Shown here piece after piece: positions 1 through 12,267 of a DNA stretch of 64,000 nt; position 1 is the first letter of the stretch; the number at the start of each line of letters is the position of its first letter. The translations under genes were made by a program, and so were the position numbers. The notes below the pieces were generated by a model, which saw nothing but the letters and a program-made list of their open reading frames with translations, searched no databases and had not been told where the DNA came from. Source of the DNA: Sminthopsis crassicaudata (lineage: Eukaryota); assembly GCF_048593235.1 (NCBI RefSeq), contig NC_133622.1, positions 205,499,198 through 205,563,197 on the forward strand, in the 5' to 3' direction.

Positions 1-514
1 AGCTCAATGCAGTGAAGAGGCACAAAAAGCTTGCGTTCAAATCTTGGCTCTGCTATTTACCAGCCTTTATAACCAAGAATAAGTTGCTTAATTTCTCTGG
101 ACTTTGATTTCTTTAACTGTAGAGTGAGAGGTCATTTATGACTCTAAATCTGTGATTCTGCTTTCCTAAGTAAGGACAAGGTAATTTTACAGATAAAGAA
201 ACTGAGATTCAGAATTAAATGTCCAGTACAGGGCCATATTAAATAGTGTCAGAGGGAAGATCTGAATTCATGTCTTCTGACTCCATATCTGCTGCACATG
301 TTGCCTTTCAAAAAGCATCTTCCCATCCATCCTGAAAAGTGGTTCTCTCCCTTTCTTTCTGCAATAATAAGCCCTTTCCATTCTTACTAACATTCCTTGG
401 CAGCTTCACTCCACTTGTTATGCCTTTCAGTCCCTAAGATCAGAGGATTCCCCAAGAGTATTTGAGCCAGCTTACTGCCCTCAGCTAGTTGACACAGAAG
501 TTAGTTAAAATACT

Positions 515-745
515 GGGTCTGGACCTAGGAAGATCTGAGTTCAAGTTCAGCCTGAGGTGTTTGCTAGCTATGTGACTCTGGCCGAACCTCTGGGCAACCT
601 CTGGGCCTTAGTTTGCTTGTGTGTAAAATGGGGATCATGGTAGCACCTACCTTTTATAATTATGGCAAGGATCAAATGAGATAAGAATTACAAGGCTCTT
701 AACACAGTGCTTGGTACATAGTAAGCATATACCATGATTGTTGTT
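515..745 (+). mobile_element. MIR-type SINE (one of many degraded MIR copies in the window)
   Basis: ggaagatctgagttcaa, gtaaaatggggat, aaggatcaaatgagata, cacagtgcttggtacatagtaag. Confidence 0.7.
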
Positions 746-1709
746 GTTACCCCATCTTGGACTCAGGTTCAGAATTTTTTGTTTCACTTTGGGTTCCAAA
801 CTTAAGTCATTGATGGGGTATTTTCAGTGTGCTTTTAAGGACTACAGAAAAATACAATTCACTTCTGGCTTTCCTGGGACTTGTTGAAGAGGAAGTAGCC
901 AGAGGGATTTGGTGCATCTTAGCAAAAAGAAAAAGAAGTTGAACATTGAGGAGGGTAGTAAGAGAGAAAGAGACTTGACTTTTTTCTAGGGCCTCAGGGC
1001 CTGTACTTTGAGGCTGTTGTGGTTTGTTGTTATTATTGTTTGTCCTTTTCTGAAGGAACATGATATCAGGGAGGTGATGCTATGGCATGCAAGTGAACTA
1101 GATTTAAGTGAGGGAGGATTGTGCCAGGTCACCTGCCTCACTTTCTCCTCCAGAATCATCTGGGTCCAGTGGCCAGATGTAGATCAGGATGCCAGGAGAT
1201 GGCTTTGGAGAAATGGGGATCTTGGCCTTTTTAAGCTAAGGTCTCCCACAGGTCTCAGTGACACTCAGGTATATGGTGGACAGGGACTAGGTGCTGAATC
1301 TGCGTTCTTGACTTCATGGAGTCTTAGATTAGGGACCTCAGAGGTTTTCTAGTCCAACCTCCATTCCACACACACCCTCTAACAGATTTAATAAACAAGC
1401 TTGCTTTGTCCAAGGCACTGAGAGAGTTATAGATAAATAAAATATGGGGTCTTCCGCTTGTGCAGCATAACAGACACCCTTGTTTCTCCAACTGGGGAGT
1501 CAAAGCTCCGGCATCCCTACCCTGATTTTGCCATTGAACATTGCTGGATCCTTGAAAAAATAACCCCTTACATTTCAGTTTCCTCAATTAGGAAATCATT
1601 ATATGGAGGGCCTCTCAGGTCTCATCAATCCACAAAGACTGAGCAATTTAATGTACTTACTTAAGGTTATGGATAGTAAATGTCAGAGGGAAGTAAAAGT
1701 CAGGACTTC

Positions 1710-1935
1710 TGACTTCTCTTTTTTTCTTTTTGGCTATTTATTTTTAAATTTCTACTTTTATTTTACTTAATAGTATTTTAAAAATTATATTGGAATGTTT
1801 TCAAAATTCATTTTTGTAAAATTTAAAATTCCAGATTTCCCCTCTGTCCCTCCCTTACCTCTTCTCTCCCCATGACAGCAAATAATTCCATACAGGTTAT
1901 ACATGTATAATCATGTTAAACATATTTCCATATTT
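1710..1935 (-). mobile_element. L1 3' UTR fragment
   Basis: T-rich tail, then ccctccc...catgacagcaaataattccatacaggttatacatg, typical of marsupial L1 3' ends. Confidence 0.6.
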
Positions 1936-2294
1936 GCCTTCAGACTTTTCATTGTACCATGAAGCCTCTAAGTTGGCTACTTCAAAAAACTAGGATAAAA
2001 TTGCACTTTTTGTCTTGTGCATTTTTCATTCATGATTTCTTTTAAAATATAGAAAAATAGTCTTTTAAAAAGTTTATTATATTTCAAATAGAGCTAATTG
2101 ACTATGCTTCTAAGCCCAAATCACTTTGGCTTTCATTGAATGACCAATAAATAACCCCCAGCCCGAGATTCTAAGCCTTTTTGTTTAAGTTTTGGTGGCT
2201 TAGAATGAATGGAAATAGCAATTATTTTTTTGTTCTGGCCAGAAAGCCCCCCAAAATCTTCCCCATAAGGATAATTTTATGATGGTAAACTAGG

Positions 2295-2570
2295 CCCTGT
2301 TTTGTCTCAGTTCTTGCCTCGTCTTTGGTCCTTGAATGGCTATTGCCTCTGACAAATGGAAACCTGGGAAACACTTTAATTTAGATAGATCTACTGCATC
2401 CCAGGGCATCTAGTCTTTTGTTGTAGGGCTGGCCTGCCTTGAGTCTGGAGGAGAGAGTGTGGTTTGATGACCTTGCACAGCCTTGTCTCACTTAAATACT
2501 AGTCACATGCAAGTCATTATCCTTGTGATGTTATTGGGCTTCTTCCTGAAGGAAGGTAGGGAGAACTACA
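2295..2570 (+). mobile_element. RTE-derived SINE 3' part (same class as 54687-55190)
   Basis: actgcatcccaggg, ctggaggagagagtg, ttgcacagcc, tcacttaaat, gcaagtc and gaagga motifs. Confidence 0.55.
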
Positions 2571-3100
2571 CCTATCAAATAACATGATGTGTACAAATTA
2601 GGTTGTTGCTCTGTCATTTCAGACTCTTGGTGGGTTTCTTGGCTTTACCATTTCCATCTCCAGCTAATTCTACATGTGAGAAAACTGAGGCAAATAGGGT
2701 AAGGTGACTTGACCAAGGTCATACAGCTAGCAAGCATCTAAGGCCAGCTCTTTCTGATTCTAGCTGCCCTTGTAATGCTGTAGCTCCAGGTAACCATTAA
2801 TGCCAGCCAGCTTAAGGAGTAGTCATAGTTTCTTCTCTAAGGAATAAATGAAGCTCTACAATGTTTTTATTTTTTTTTTTCTTTCTTTTCTCTGTTTTAT
2901 TGTTGCCACTTAGAATAAAGCAAACAGATCATGCAGATGAAAAGGATAAGGTCATAAAATCTTAGATTTAGAAAGTTAAGAAATTGTAGAGGCCATTGAA
3001 TTCAATTTCTACATTTTACACATGAGGAAACTGAGGTCCAGAGATAACTTGCCCAGGTTCACACAGGCCCTCTATTTAAAAAGTTTGAGGACCACTGCTC

Positions 3101-3268
3101 TTAATAGTTACTCAGATTCTTACAAAGTTGCTCTGTGTATATGAATGTATACATTTCCCAGACTACAGTTACTCTTAATATTTACTCAGATTCTCACAAA
3201 ATTGCTCTGTATATATGAGTGTATACATTTACCGGCCTATAGTTATTCTTAGTTGTTGCTCAGATTCT
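3101..3268. repeat. 74-bp tandem repeat, about 2.3 copies
   Basis: Units start at 3101, 3175 and 3249 (tta...ctcagattct). Confidence 0.8.
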
Positions 3269-3409
3269 GCTCTCACCTTTGCTATATATTGATGGAAAGG
3301 AAGCCTTCTTGGTCAGATGTCCAAAAGCCAATATTTCTAGGGCATTCTTTCCCTAGCTTCTATTCTGTTCCTGGCATCTTTTTCACATCAAAAATAATAA
3401 AATGTGGGC

Positions 3410-3843
3410 TGTAGGGGGCCAAATATACTTGAACAAGTAATCTGACCACAAGGTGTTAATGGAATTGAGATAATGATTCTTTTAGTATAGTTTTACAAGA
3501 TTGACCTATTCTGCAAGATTCATTTCTATGATGATGTACTTATAATACAGTACATAAGAACTAGGAGATCTGGAGGGAAGACAGACTTTGAGATAGATCG
3601 ATCACTGGAGGCTGGCAAAGACTCAGACTTAGGCTCAAGAACAGACTCGAAGAGAGACTGCAGAACAGACTGGAAGACAAAGACCCTTCACTTCTCCACT
3701 AAAACCATGGCCCATCTGAAGGTCCCCCAGAAAGCTAAGCCAGCCCCATGTGAAGGAGACAGACTTTGGACTTTATTTCTGACTATTTTTGTGATTATTC
3801 TGCTGAAACCCAGGCCCATTCGGAGGACTTCCAGAGCATTACA
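3410..3843 (+). mobile_element. Solo LTR (marsupial ERV type)
   Basis: TGTA...TTACA ends; flanks gtgggc/gtggac resemble a 6-bp TSD; shares motifs (agaaagctaa, gaaggagaca, ggacttta, cattaca) with the 6654-7199 LTR. Confidence 0.7.
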
Positions 3844-4759
3844 GTGGACCTCCTAGTATCCAAACATCCTGAGTCTGGGGCTTTGTTTTTCAAGCCCCAT
3901 CACAGGATGTTTCACATGGAGAAGTGAGAGGTTAGGGGAAAAAAATCTCTCTGCTAATTCTTAAAATTTTCTTGGTGTTTAGAATCAGAGGATGTTAGTG
4001 TTAGATGGGACTTCAGAACCATTTAGCCCAATATTCTTATTTTACAGAAAAGGAAACTGAGGTCCAAAGAGGAATTCATAAATTTGAAGGATCAAAGATT
4101 TATAAATCTTAAAAAATAATAAACATTTCTAAATCTTGAAGGGATTTCAGAGATCTCCTAGTGCAAAGCTCTCATTTTACAGATGAAGGATTTGAAATTA
4201 GAGAAGTTGAATGATTGTTTAGGGTTACATAGGCACATAGAGTCAGATGTGGGACTTGAACTCGGGTCTTTAGATTCCAAATTCAATCTAAGGTCACCCA
4301 GCAGGTTTGTGGTAGTTATGATTGGGACTAGAACCCAGACTTTCTAGTTTCTGGAACTGGGCTCTTCTACTAGATCACAGCTGCCTCTCAAACTATGATT
4401 TGTTGTCACCAACCTTGATGGAGATATGTTTATCCATTGGGATTTACAGTTTGGAATCAAGTTGGAAATGCTTCTAGTCTGTACCTAGCCAAAGGTTGTT
4501 GTGTGTCCGTGTTCTGTGTATTATCAGATTAGGTAGAGGAGGATGTGGTCCAGTAGTCTACACTGGAGTCAATCAGTGGAATAACAAACATTTATTAAAC
4601 ACTTGTTATGTATCAGCCATGGTGCTAAGAGCTGGTGAAACAAATAAAGGAAAGTTACTCTCTGCTAACATTCTAATGGGTCAACTGGCAAATAACTATA
4701 AGATAAAAGATGTATACCGAGTAGATAGGATGGAATCTTACGTTTCCCCAGCGCCAATA

Positions 4760-5095
4760 TCCTAACTCTACAAAAGGACCTTTTACCTTGCATATAGCTA
4801 CTGTATCCTGACTCTTTCTCTCTAGAACAAAAGGCCTTTTTCTATGTATATCTTATCTGAGATATATGTAATCACAGGGATTTTCCCCAAGAGTTTGTTC
4901 AAACATGTCTGAGATTGCCCAATTTTTCTGCTTTACCAATTCTACTCTTTCTAACTCCCCCTTCTCTAGTTAATCCCTCCCATAAGGAGGAGACATGCAG
5001 GGTGTGTCACCCCTTACCCCAAGTAAATGCCTCAATAAATGTCCTTGTGGTTCGAGTCTGAATTCTTTCAGAGGTGACACCAGAACCCAATGAAC
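4760..5095 (+). mobile_element. Probable LTR fragment (3' end)
   Basis: AATAAA at 5034-5039 followed by a tctttcagag...accc motif also seen at the end of the 61158 element; boundaries approximate. Confidence 0.4.
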
Positions 5096-5222
5096 ACAGA
5101 TGAAGGGAAGGCACCAGCCTTGCAAGACCCACAGTGGAGTTGGGTGTATGTGAGGGTGATGGGGGCACAGGAGGACCTTAAAATACATTTGGTTCCAGGA
5201 CTCTCTCCATATGGGCCACACA

Positions 5223-5620
5223 TGTTGGGGTTGAACCCCAAAATATGAGCCAGTGTGGTAAGATGTCTCACCATAATTTGTAGGCTTAAACCATCTCCAA
5301 ATCAAGAAGCAAAGATTAAATGATGCCATTGACTGGCAGGCTAAGTTCCAAAAGATAAGTTAGTCATTTACAAGGAGGAAGATGGCCGGCAGGGTTCCCT
5401 AGTGGAACTTACTGTTATAAGGGGGAAGATGCTCCAAAATGGGCTAACACAGACTTCTCATTATGATCATTTTGTCAATGCAAAGAATTGGACAAGGAAT
5501 TCAACATGGGCAACTCTGGCCCTGGGCAACAATGGGTCCCACTTAAAGGCAAGATAATCCTGTCAATGCTCCTCCCTGTTTGCCTCAGGGAGTAGCTGTG
5601 GAAATCCAATCAGGGCCTGG
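5223..5620 (-). mobile_element. Probable LTR, reverse orientation
   Basis: Ends ...ccccaaca at 5223 on the - strand; 24/25 match (5282-5306) to the element at 61231-61255; far boundary uncertain. Confidence 0.5.
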
Positions 5621-6653
5621 AACATAGGTCCATTTAAATTCCATGTAATTCAACAAAAGCCTTCATTTGTCCATGGCCCTCCCTGTGGCTCATCTAGCTA
5701 CCAAGGACCTGGTCTTTTCACCCCATTTGGGGTGTTATTTGGGAAGTGGAAGAGGATCTGAGTTCAAATCACACTGCTAATGCTTACTATGGGCATAGTG
5801 GTGCACAGTGAATAGAGCACCAGACCTGGAGTCAGGAAGATCTGAATTCAAATCTATCCTCAGACACTCTGGACACTTACAAGCTGTGTGATCCTGGGCA
5901 AATCATTTAATCTGCCTCAGTTTCCTCATCTTTAAAATGAGGTAGGGAAGGAAACAGCTAACCACTTAAGTAAATGACTAAACAACAGGATTTTTTTTTC
6001 TTAAGTCCAGTGGGAAGCCTCAAGTCATAATTACTATTGTGAAATAACTGATTCATTAAATTAGGGCCAAACAGGAGGCTCTGAATGAGATCACAGAGCA
6101 TTCTCAATAGGTTTTTTTTTTTTGGTGGGGGACTAGTGAGTGGGGTGAAAGGGAATGACCTTTAGTTTTCCTGGCTATCATCTTCTGGGATTTTGGGGTG
6201 ACTATTGGCCCTATGAGAGCCAATTGGTCAGGAGAGGAAATTCAAGATAGTAGATCTGGTGGAGACTTAATAAATCCTTGGGAGGAGAATGCTGACCAAT
6301 GGGTTGATCAGTTTCCAGGCTCGAGGGGAAGCTCTTGCTGGCCTGGTTCAGGACTTGAAGGCAACAAGCTAGAAAAACCCTGACAGTGAGTCACTAACTC
6401 TTCATTCTGACTCAGATGCACAGAACTTGTGGAGGCAAGGAGTTTCCACTTGGCAGCTTAAGTGCTCTGGGAAATGGCCAACAAACAACACTGAAGCCAG
6501 AAAGTCTCTGATGAGTCCAAAGTGATCGCCTCCAATTGTAGACATGCAATCCTGTACTTAGAGGAGCAATGTTCAGGTTTCCTTTCAGCCTTTTTACTCT
6601 TGGTTTTCACACAGTTCTAACTAGTTTGAACTGCTTCATCCAATGTCAGAATC

Positions 6654-7199
6654 TGTTATGGGCCAGAACTCGGAACTTGAAACAAAGGATTCTTACAGGT
6701 ACTAAGTCAGTAGAATTGATAGAGACAATAGTTATCTAATTTTAGCATGGTTCAGTCTGATTGATCTGATCCTACAAGGAGATGTTATGGGCCAGAACTT
6801 GAAACAAGGTAGTGAGTGGAACTGAGGAGACAATGGTTAAATCCTACAACAAATAATGGTTTCCTAGTGATATAGTGATTGGACAAGCGCACTAGAAGCT
6901 CTTAGAGGCTGAGACAGATTCATTCCATCTTTGTTATGGCTGGAGGCTCAAGCACAAACCTTTGGAAGTCAGGGAGATTCAGAAGCCAGAGAAGGCAGGA
7001 GGGAGCTCAAGGTCTTAGAACCAAGGAAAGAGATAGGCCTCTAAGAAAGCTAACCAGGCCCCAGGAAAGGAGACAAGACTTTGAAGGAGACAATAAAGGA
7101 TTTGGACTTTAACCTCTGGCTACTCGTGTGGTGATTCCTGAACTGAAATGAAGGCTGAGCCCAGAGAACCCCAAGAAAACCTCAATAGAGAACATTACA
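6654..7199 (+). mobile_element. Solo LTR with an internal duplication of its 5' end
   Basis: TGTTATGGGCCAGAACT at 6654 and again at 6783; internal AATAAA; ends cattaca; no primer-binding site follows. Confidence 0.75.
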
Positions 7200-7342
7200 T
7201 TTTAAAGAGAATATTACAAGAATCAACTGTTATCTCAATATTCCTGATATCTGAGGTCTTAATACATTGAAAAAATTGTTTTTACAAAGACAAAACCCTC
7301 TCATCTGGTGACCAACTTTTTTCTTCTATTGAGTATCAGCAA

Positions 7343-7578
7343 GGAGCATCTAGGTAGCACAGAAGAGAAAGTTCCAGGCCTGGAGTCAGGAAAACTTGAG
7401 TTCAAATTCAGCCTCAGACACATATTAGCTGTGTAATCCTGGGCAAGTCACTTCACCCTATTTGCCTCAGTTTCCTCATCTGTAAAATGACTGGAGAAGG
7501 AAATGGCAAAACACACCAGTATTTCTGTCAAGAAAACCCCCAAAGGGGGTCAAGAAGTGTCAGAAAGGACTGAATAAC
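7343..7578 (+). mobile_element. MAR1-type CORE-SINE
   Basis: tRNA-like head, CORE (gcctcagtttcctcatctgtaaaatg), RTE-like tail (ggagaaggaaatggcaaa...aagaaaacccc). Confidence 0.75.
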
Positions 7579-10547
7579 ACTAAGATGTCATTTGAGGGTT
7601 TCATGTAATTAATATGTAGCTTGATTTTTTCTGAACACTGAGTTCTCCTTTCTAAATTAAGATCAGGGCACAGGGCACTTTGAATATATGATACCCCAGA
7701 TAATGATAGAAAGTTATAGTGATTTACGGCTTTCCAAAAGCCTTTGCAGATGCTTTTGTTTTATCCTCACTACAACCTTGTGAAGTAGATGCTATTATTA
7801 TCCCTATTATATTAAGGAAACAAGACAATAATAAAAATAATAATGATATTGATGTATCACTTGAAGGTTTGCAAAACACCATAATAATAATAAACATTTC
7901 TATAGTGTACCAGGCTCTGTTTTAAGTGCTTTACAATTATTCTCTCATTTGATCCTCACAAAAGCCCTGGGAGGTAGGTGCTATTATTAATCCTCATTTT
8001 ATAGATGAGGAAACTAAAGCAGAGGTTAAGTGACTTACCCAGGATTATTCAGCTATTATATCTCAGAGGTAGAATTTGAACTTAGGTTATTTAATTCAAC
8101 TCTCTCATTTTATAAATGATTATATTTAAAACCTACAGAGATAAATGCCTTATTTAAGGTCACATCAGTTATAGTATTTTTGGGGAATTAAAACCCAAGT
8201 TCTTTGAGTTTAAAGCTTGTCAAAGGCCCCATACAGCTATTTACTTGAATTATAGAATATAAACTCCTTGAGGGCAGGGACTATCTGATTTTTGCTTTTT
8301 TATCCCTAGCATCTAGTATAGTACTTGGTACACATACAGTAGGTACGTAATGTTGTTTGTTTTTTTTAAAGAAACATTGAGGATTCAGAGCAGATTAAGG
8401 CCTTATTATTTTACCAGTTGAATGAGTGAATTAACTGTTGTTCAACTGCTCTGAACTTTGATTTTTTTCCCCTTACTTTGTCAAAGCCACAATGGCCATC
8501 TGGGGGATATTGGTCTATGTACTGTAGCAGCAGTGAAGAAATCTGATAAAATCAGACCTGCTGTTGGCTCTATCCTGAAGCTGTAGACTTGCTTATCTGG
8601 CAGAGGAGAGGGCAGTGGGAGAGAGTTGTCAATCTTCTCCATCAGTGGTCATAATTGGAATCTGAACACATACTTTTTTAACATTATATTTTATTTTTTC
8701 AAGTAGTGTTCATTTTCTCCATTCTTACCCCCTAGTAGGAAAATAAAAGGAAAAAATGAATTCTTATTATAAATATGAGTTTTCAAGCAAAATATATGGG
8801 CCATGACTCCAAAATGACACACTTTTAAGAAAATACATTTGTGTTATGTCTCCCACATTTTCCACTGCTTCTGTCCCCCAATTTGATTAACCAATTATTG
8901 GAAAGCATTTATTAAGCACTTACCACATGCATTAAACTGAAGATATAAAAGGAGGTAAAAAATAATCCCTGTCCTCAGGGAAGCTTCTGGTCTAATCACT
9001 CCTCCCAAAGCCCAGGCCTGGTGATAAAGAACAGTAAAAGAGGTAGAAAAAAGCCAAGTCGCTGTTATGCAATTTGAACATACTTGTATCCCTAACATCT
9101 CAACCTTGTTTCTGACTCTTCTGACAGTGTAGGGAAACCTAGGGATAAACTTTTCCTCAATAATATTATTAAATCACAACATAAAATACTATGGATTCCT
9201 TCAATTCTACTGAAATACTCTGATTATAATGTCAACAAACAAAACCAAGTTCATGGATACTCAGTTAAGTCCTTGCTCTTGTCTGGTAAGACTAACAGAA
9301 ATAAATCATGTATTTACCAAATGTTTTTCTGGCATTTTCTTGGGTGATGCTTAACCCTTTGAGGTCAGTGCTGTTGTATACCCATTTTATAGGTGTGGAA
9401 GCTGAGCCTCCAGCTCAAGGCGAAGTGATTTATCAGTGAGTCAATAGGAGGTCTGGCAGCTGACTTTGACTCTCATGTTTTACCCCTGCATGACCTTGGC
9501 TCCCATTTGATGGAGATTGGTGGAGGATCTCCAAGCTATCTGACCAGGAAAACATCCTGGCTTAGCTGAGCATTGAGAGTCTAGACCTTCAGGGTTTTTT
9601 CCTATACTTGTACAGAGTCCGTGGAGTCCAAGACCTTAGTGGTAGTGTTCTTCCTGACCAGCTAGCACTGTTAACATCCATACTGATAAGAGGCTGAAGG
9701 GGATCTTGGGGATCCCCAGGGAGGAGAAAACTGTCTTGAGCCCTTCTAAGGCAAGAACTGTCTGTTGCAGCGAGAAAACTGAGCCTTGGTGTGAAACCTG
9801 CATACTGAGTGGCCAAAAAAGCCTCCTGTGGCTGGGGCTGTGCTCATGGAACCAAGGGGCAGCCCTCCTGATATTCTGTGCTGACTCTGAACTTCCTGCT
9901 GGCCCAGGCAGTGTCAGCAGAGATGCTTGTGGGAAATGAATGGATTTCTCTAGTTAGGGTAGAGGTGAAGAAGGCCCTCTAAAAATAGAGATCAGGCCAG
10001 GAGGTAGATGTCCTAGATGACTTAGTAAGGGTTTCTTTGTTCCCTTCATAGACTCAGGTCTAACTGGATGCTTCAGACTGAGCACCACAGTATTTTGCAA
10101 TATGGAGAAAATGGTCTCAAGGAGCCAATGTTCCTCTCAGTAAAATTATCCCAGAATTAAACATGGCTCCAGTGGGAAGCTCAGCATTATGTGTCACCAA
10201 AGGCGATACCACAACCCTATTATTGTGCCCTCAGTGGAGTCATGGGATACTTTTCCTTCCTAGTTTCAAGATTATGCCATTTGAGTTTTTTCATTGTATT
10301 AAGAATAGTTTGCATTTATACAAATCTTTAGATTTGCAAAGGGCTTTCCCTTCTTCACAATAACTCAGTGAGATAGTCATTTCCATTTTACAGATGAGGA
10401 AACCGAGATTGAGCACTTGTCCAGAGTTACAAAGCAAGTCTCCCAAGGCTGTCTGCTATGCAATTTGGAATAGCCAGGTAGCACAGTGAATGAGGTGCTA
10501 GACTGGAAGTCAGGATGACCCGAGTTCAAATGCTCCCTTGTATATTT

Positions 10548-10551
<4 letters not shown>

Positions 10552-10586
<35 letters not shown>

Positions 10587-10611
10587 ATACACACACACAC
10601 ACACACACACA
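10552..10611. repeat. (TG)n directly followed by (CA)n: an inverted microsatellite pair
   Basis: Direct reading; GTATAC at the centre. Confidence 0.95.
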
Positions 10612-11110
10612 AGTATTTATACTTGTAAGTTTCCTTAACTATAAAGTGGGGAATAATAGCACCTGCTTTATCAGCTTGCTGTAAGGATCAAATAATAAAG
10701 TATCATATAAATGCTAGGTCTTCTTAATATATTTATGCATATAAACATATATATATATATATATGAATATGAATATATATATATATATGAATAAAGCCCA
10801 TTCTCTCCACTTACATTGGAGGCTGAGTTCTAGAAGTAAAGGACCTTTTTTGTTTATTAGTTTTCAATATTTACTTTATTATTTTGATTCCCATTTTTCT
10901 CTCCTTTCAGTCAGTCTTCCCAGAGAGGGAAAGTTCTTTGTCAGAACTAGCAAGAAACCTAGGGGGTTCCTGAACATGACCATGACTTCAGAAGCTTGGG
11001 ATTAAGAACTTGGGCTAGCTGGGGCAGTTTCCCCAGAAAATACCCCATACCTTATAGGCAAGGTGTGCTGAGAGGGACAGAGATAGAGAGAGAAAGAATT
11101 AAAGACATAC

Positions 11111-11247
11111 NNNNNNNNNNNNNNNNNNNNNNNNNNNNNNNNNNNNNNNNNNNNNNNNNNNNNNNNNNNNNNNNNNNNNNNNNNNNNNNNNNNNNNNNNN
11201 NNNNNNNNNNNNNNNNNNNNNNNNNNNNNNNNNNNNNNNNNNNNNNN
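11111..11247. other. Assembly gap (137 N)
   Basis: N run, preceded by GA-rich sequence. Confidence 1.
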
Positions 11248-12062
11248 CTTAAGCCAGACTCCCCAGAGCAAGGTCCCTTAAGGAACAGCCTTAGTCCCTT
11301 ATTATTGTGGGAAATCCTAAAAGCCAAACTGAGGATCTTAATGTTTGATCCTAGAGACAATATGGAACCCCTGAAGATGTTGGTTGATAATAATAATAAG
11401 TAGCATTTATGTAACATTTGAAGCTTTGCAAAACACTTTACGTGTTACCTCTTTTGAATCTTAATCACAATTATGGGAGGTAAATGTTATTATTATCCCC
11501 ATTTTACAAATGAAGAAACTGAAGGTGAAAGAGGTTAAATGATTGTCAGGTTCCCACTGCTAATAAGTATTCAAGGCACAATTTGAACTCCAGTCTTCCC
11601 AGCCGGAGCTGCAGGACTTCCATTCCAGACTTTCTCTAAGTGTCATGTCTGTGTTTTCCAAAATTATTTTGGTAGCTGTGTGGAGGCTAGATTGGGGAGA
11701 CATCTGGGGTGGAAAGCTGTTACATTTGTTTAGGGGAGGGATGACACGGGCTTCACCTGGGAGAGGTTGGTACTTGTTCCCAAACCAGGTTGCTATTGAC
11801 TATCTGGAATTGAAGAGGGCACGGCGCCAGGGAGGCACAGCCACTGTGCCTGAATGACACACACAACAGGATGGAAACGCTAGCATAGGTACCATCGTTC
11901 TCAGCTTGTTAATGGTCTGGCCAGTGCCAGTGATTAATCTGTTCAAAATGACCCAGTCTTCAGCATTAATGAAGACTCTGTGTCCCTGCAGAGAAAACCT
12001 GCCCCTCTGGCCAGCTTTTCCTTGGACTTAATTAACTGCTTTTTCTTATCATTGGCTTTTAG

Positions 12063-12267
12063 AAAGAAGAGTTTCAAGATGATTCGATCCCAGTCTCTGT
12101 CTCTGCAAATGCCATCCCAGCAAGATTGGAAAGGCCCCCCAACGTCCAGCCCTGCCATGTCACCCCCGACGCCAGTCCCCGCAGGAGCGGCTTCCCAGGC
12201 AGCTCCTGTCTCATTTGCTATGCCCGAGTTTCAGCGCGTCACCATCAGTGGGGATTACTGTGCTGGG
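12063..12267 (+). CDS. AMPD3: AMP deaminase 3, exon 3 ([17 protein letters not shown]...TISGDYCAG)
   Basis: Translation matches the recalled AMPD3 N-terminal region; bounded by ttttag| and |gtaaga; 205 bp. Confidence 0.95.

Noticed and set aside
11111-11247. Missing AMPD3 start exon (exon 2) hidden in the N gap
   Set aside because: The flanks are GA-rich or repeat-like with no splice signals or coding remnants; the exon more likely lies upstream of the window. Not fully excluded, since gap sizes are estimates.
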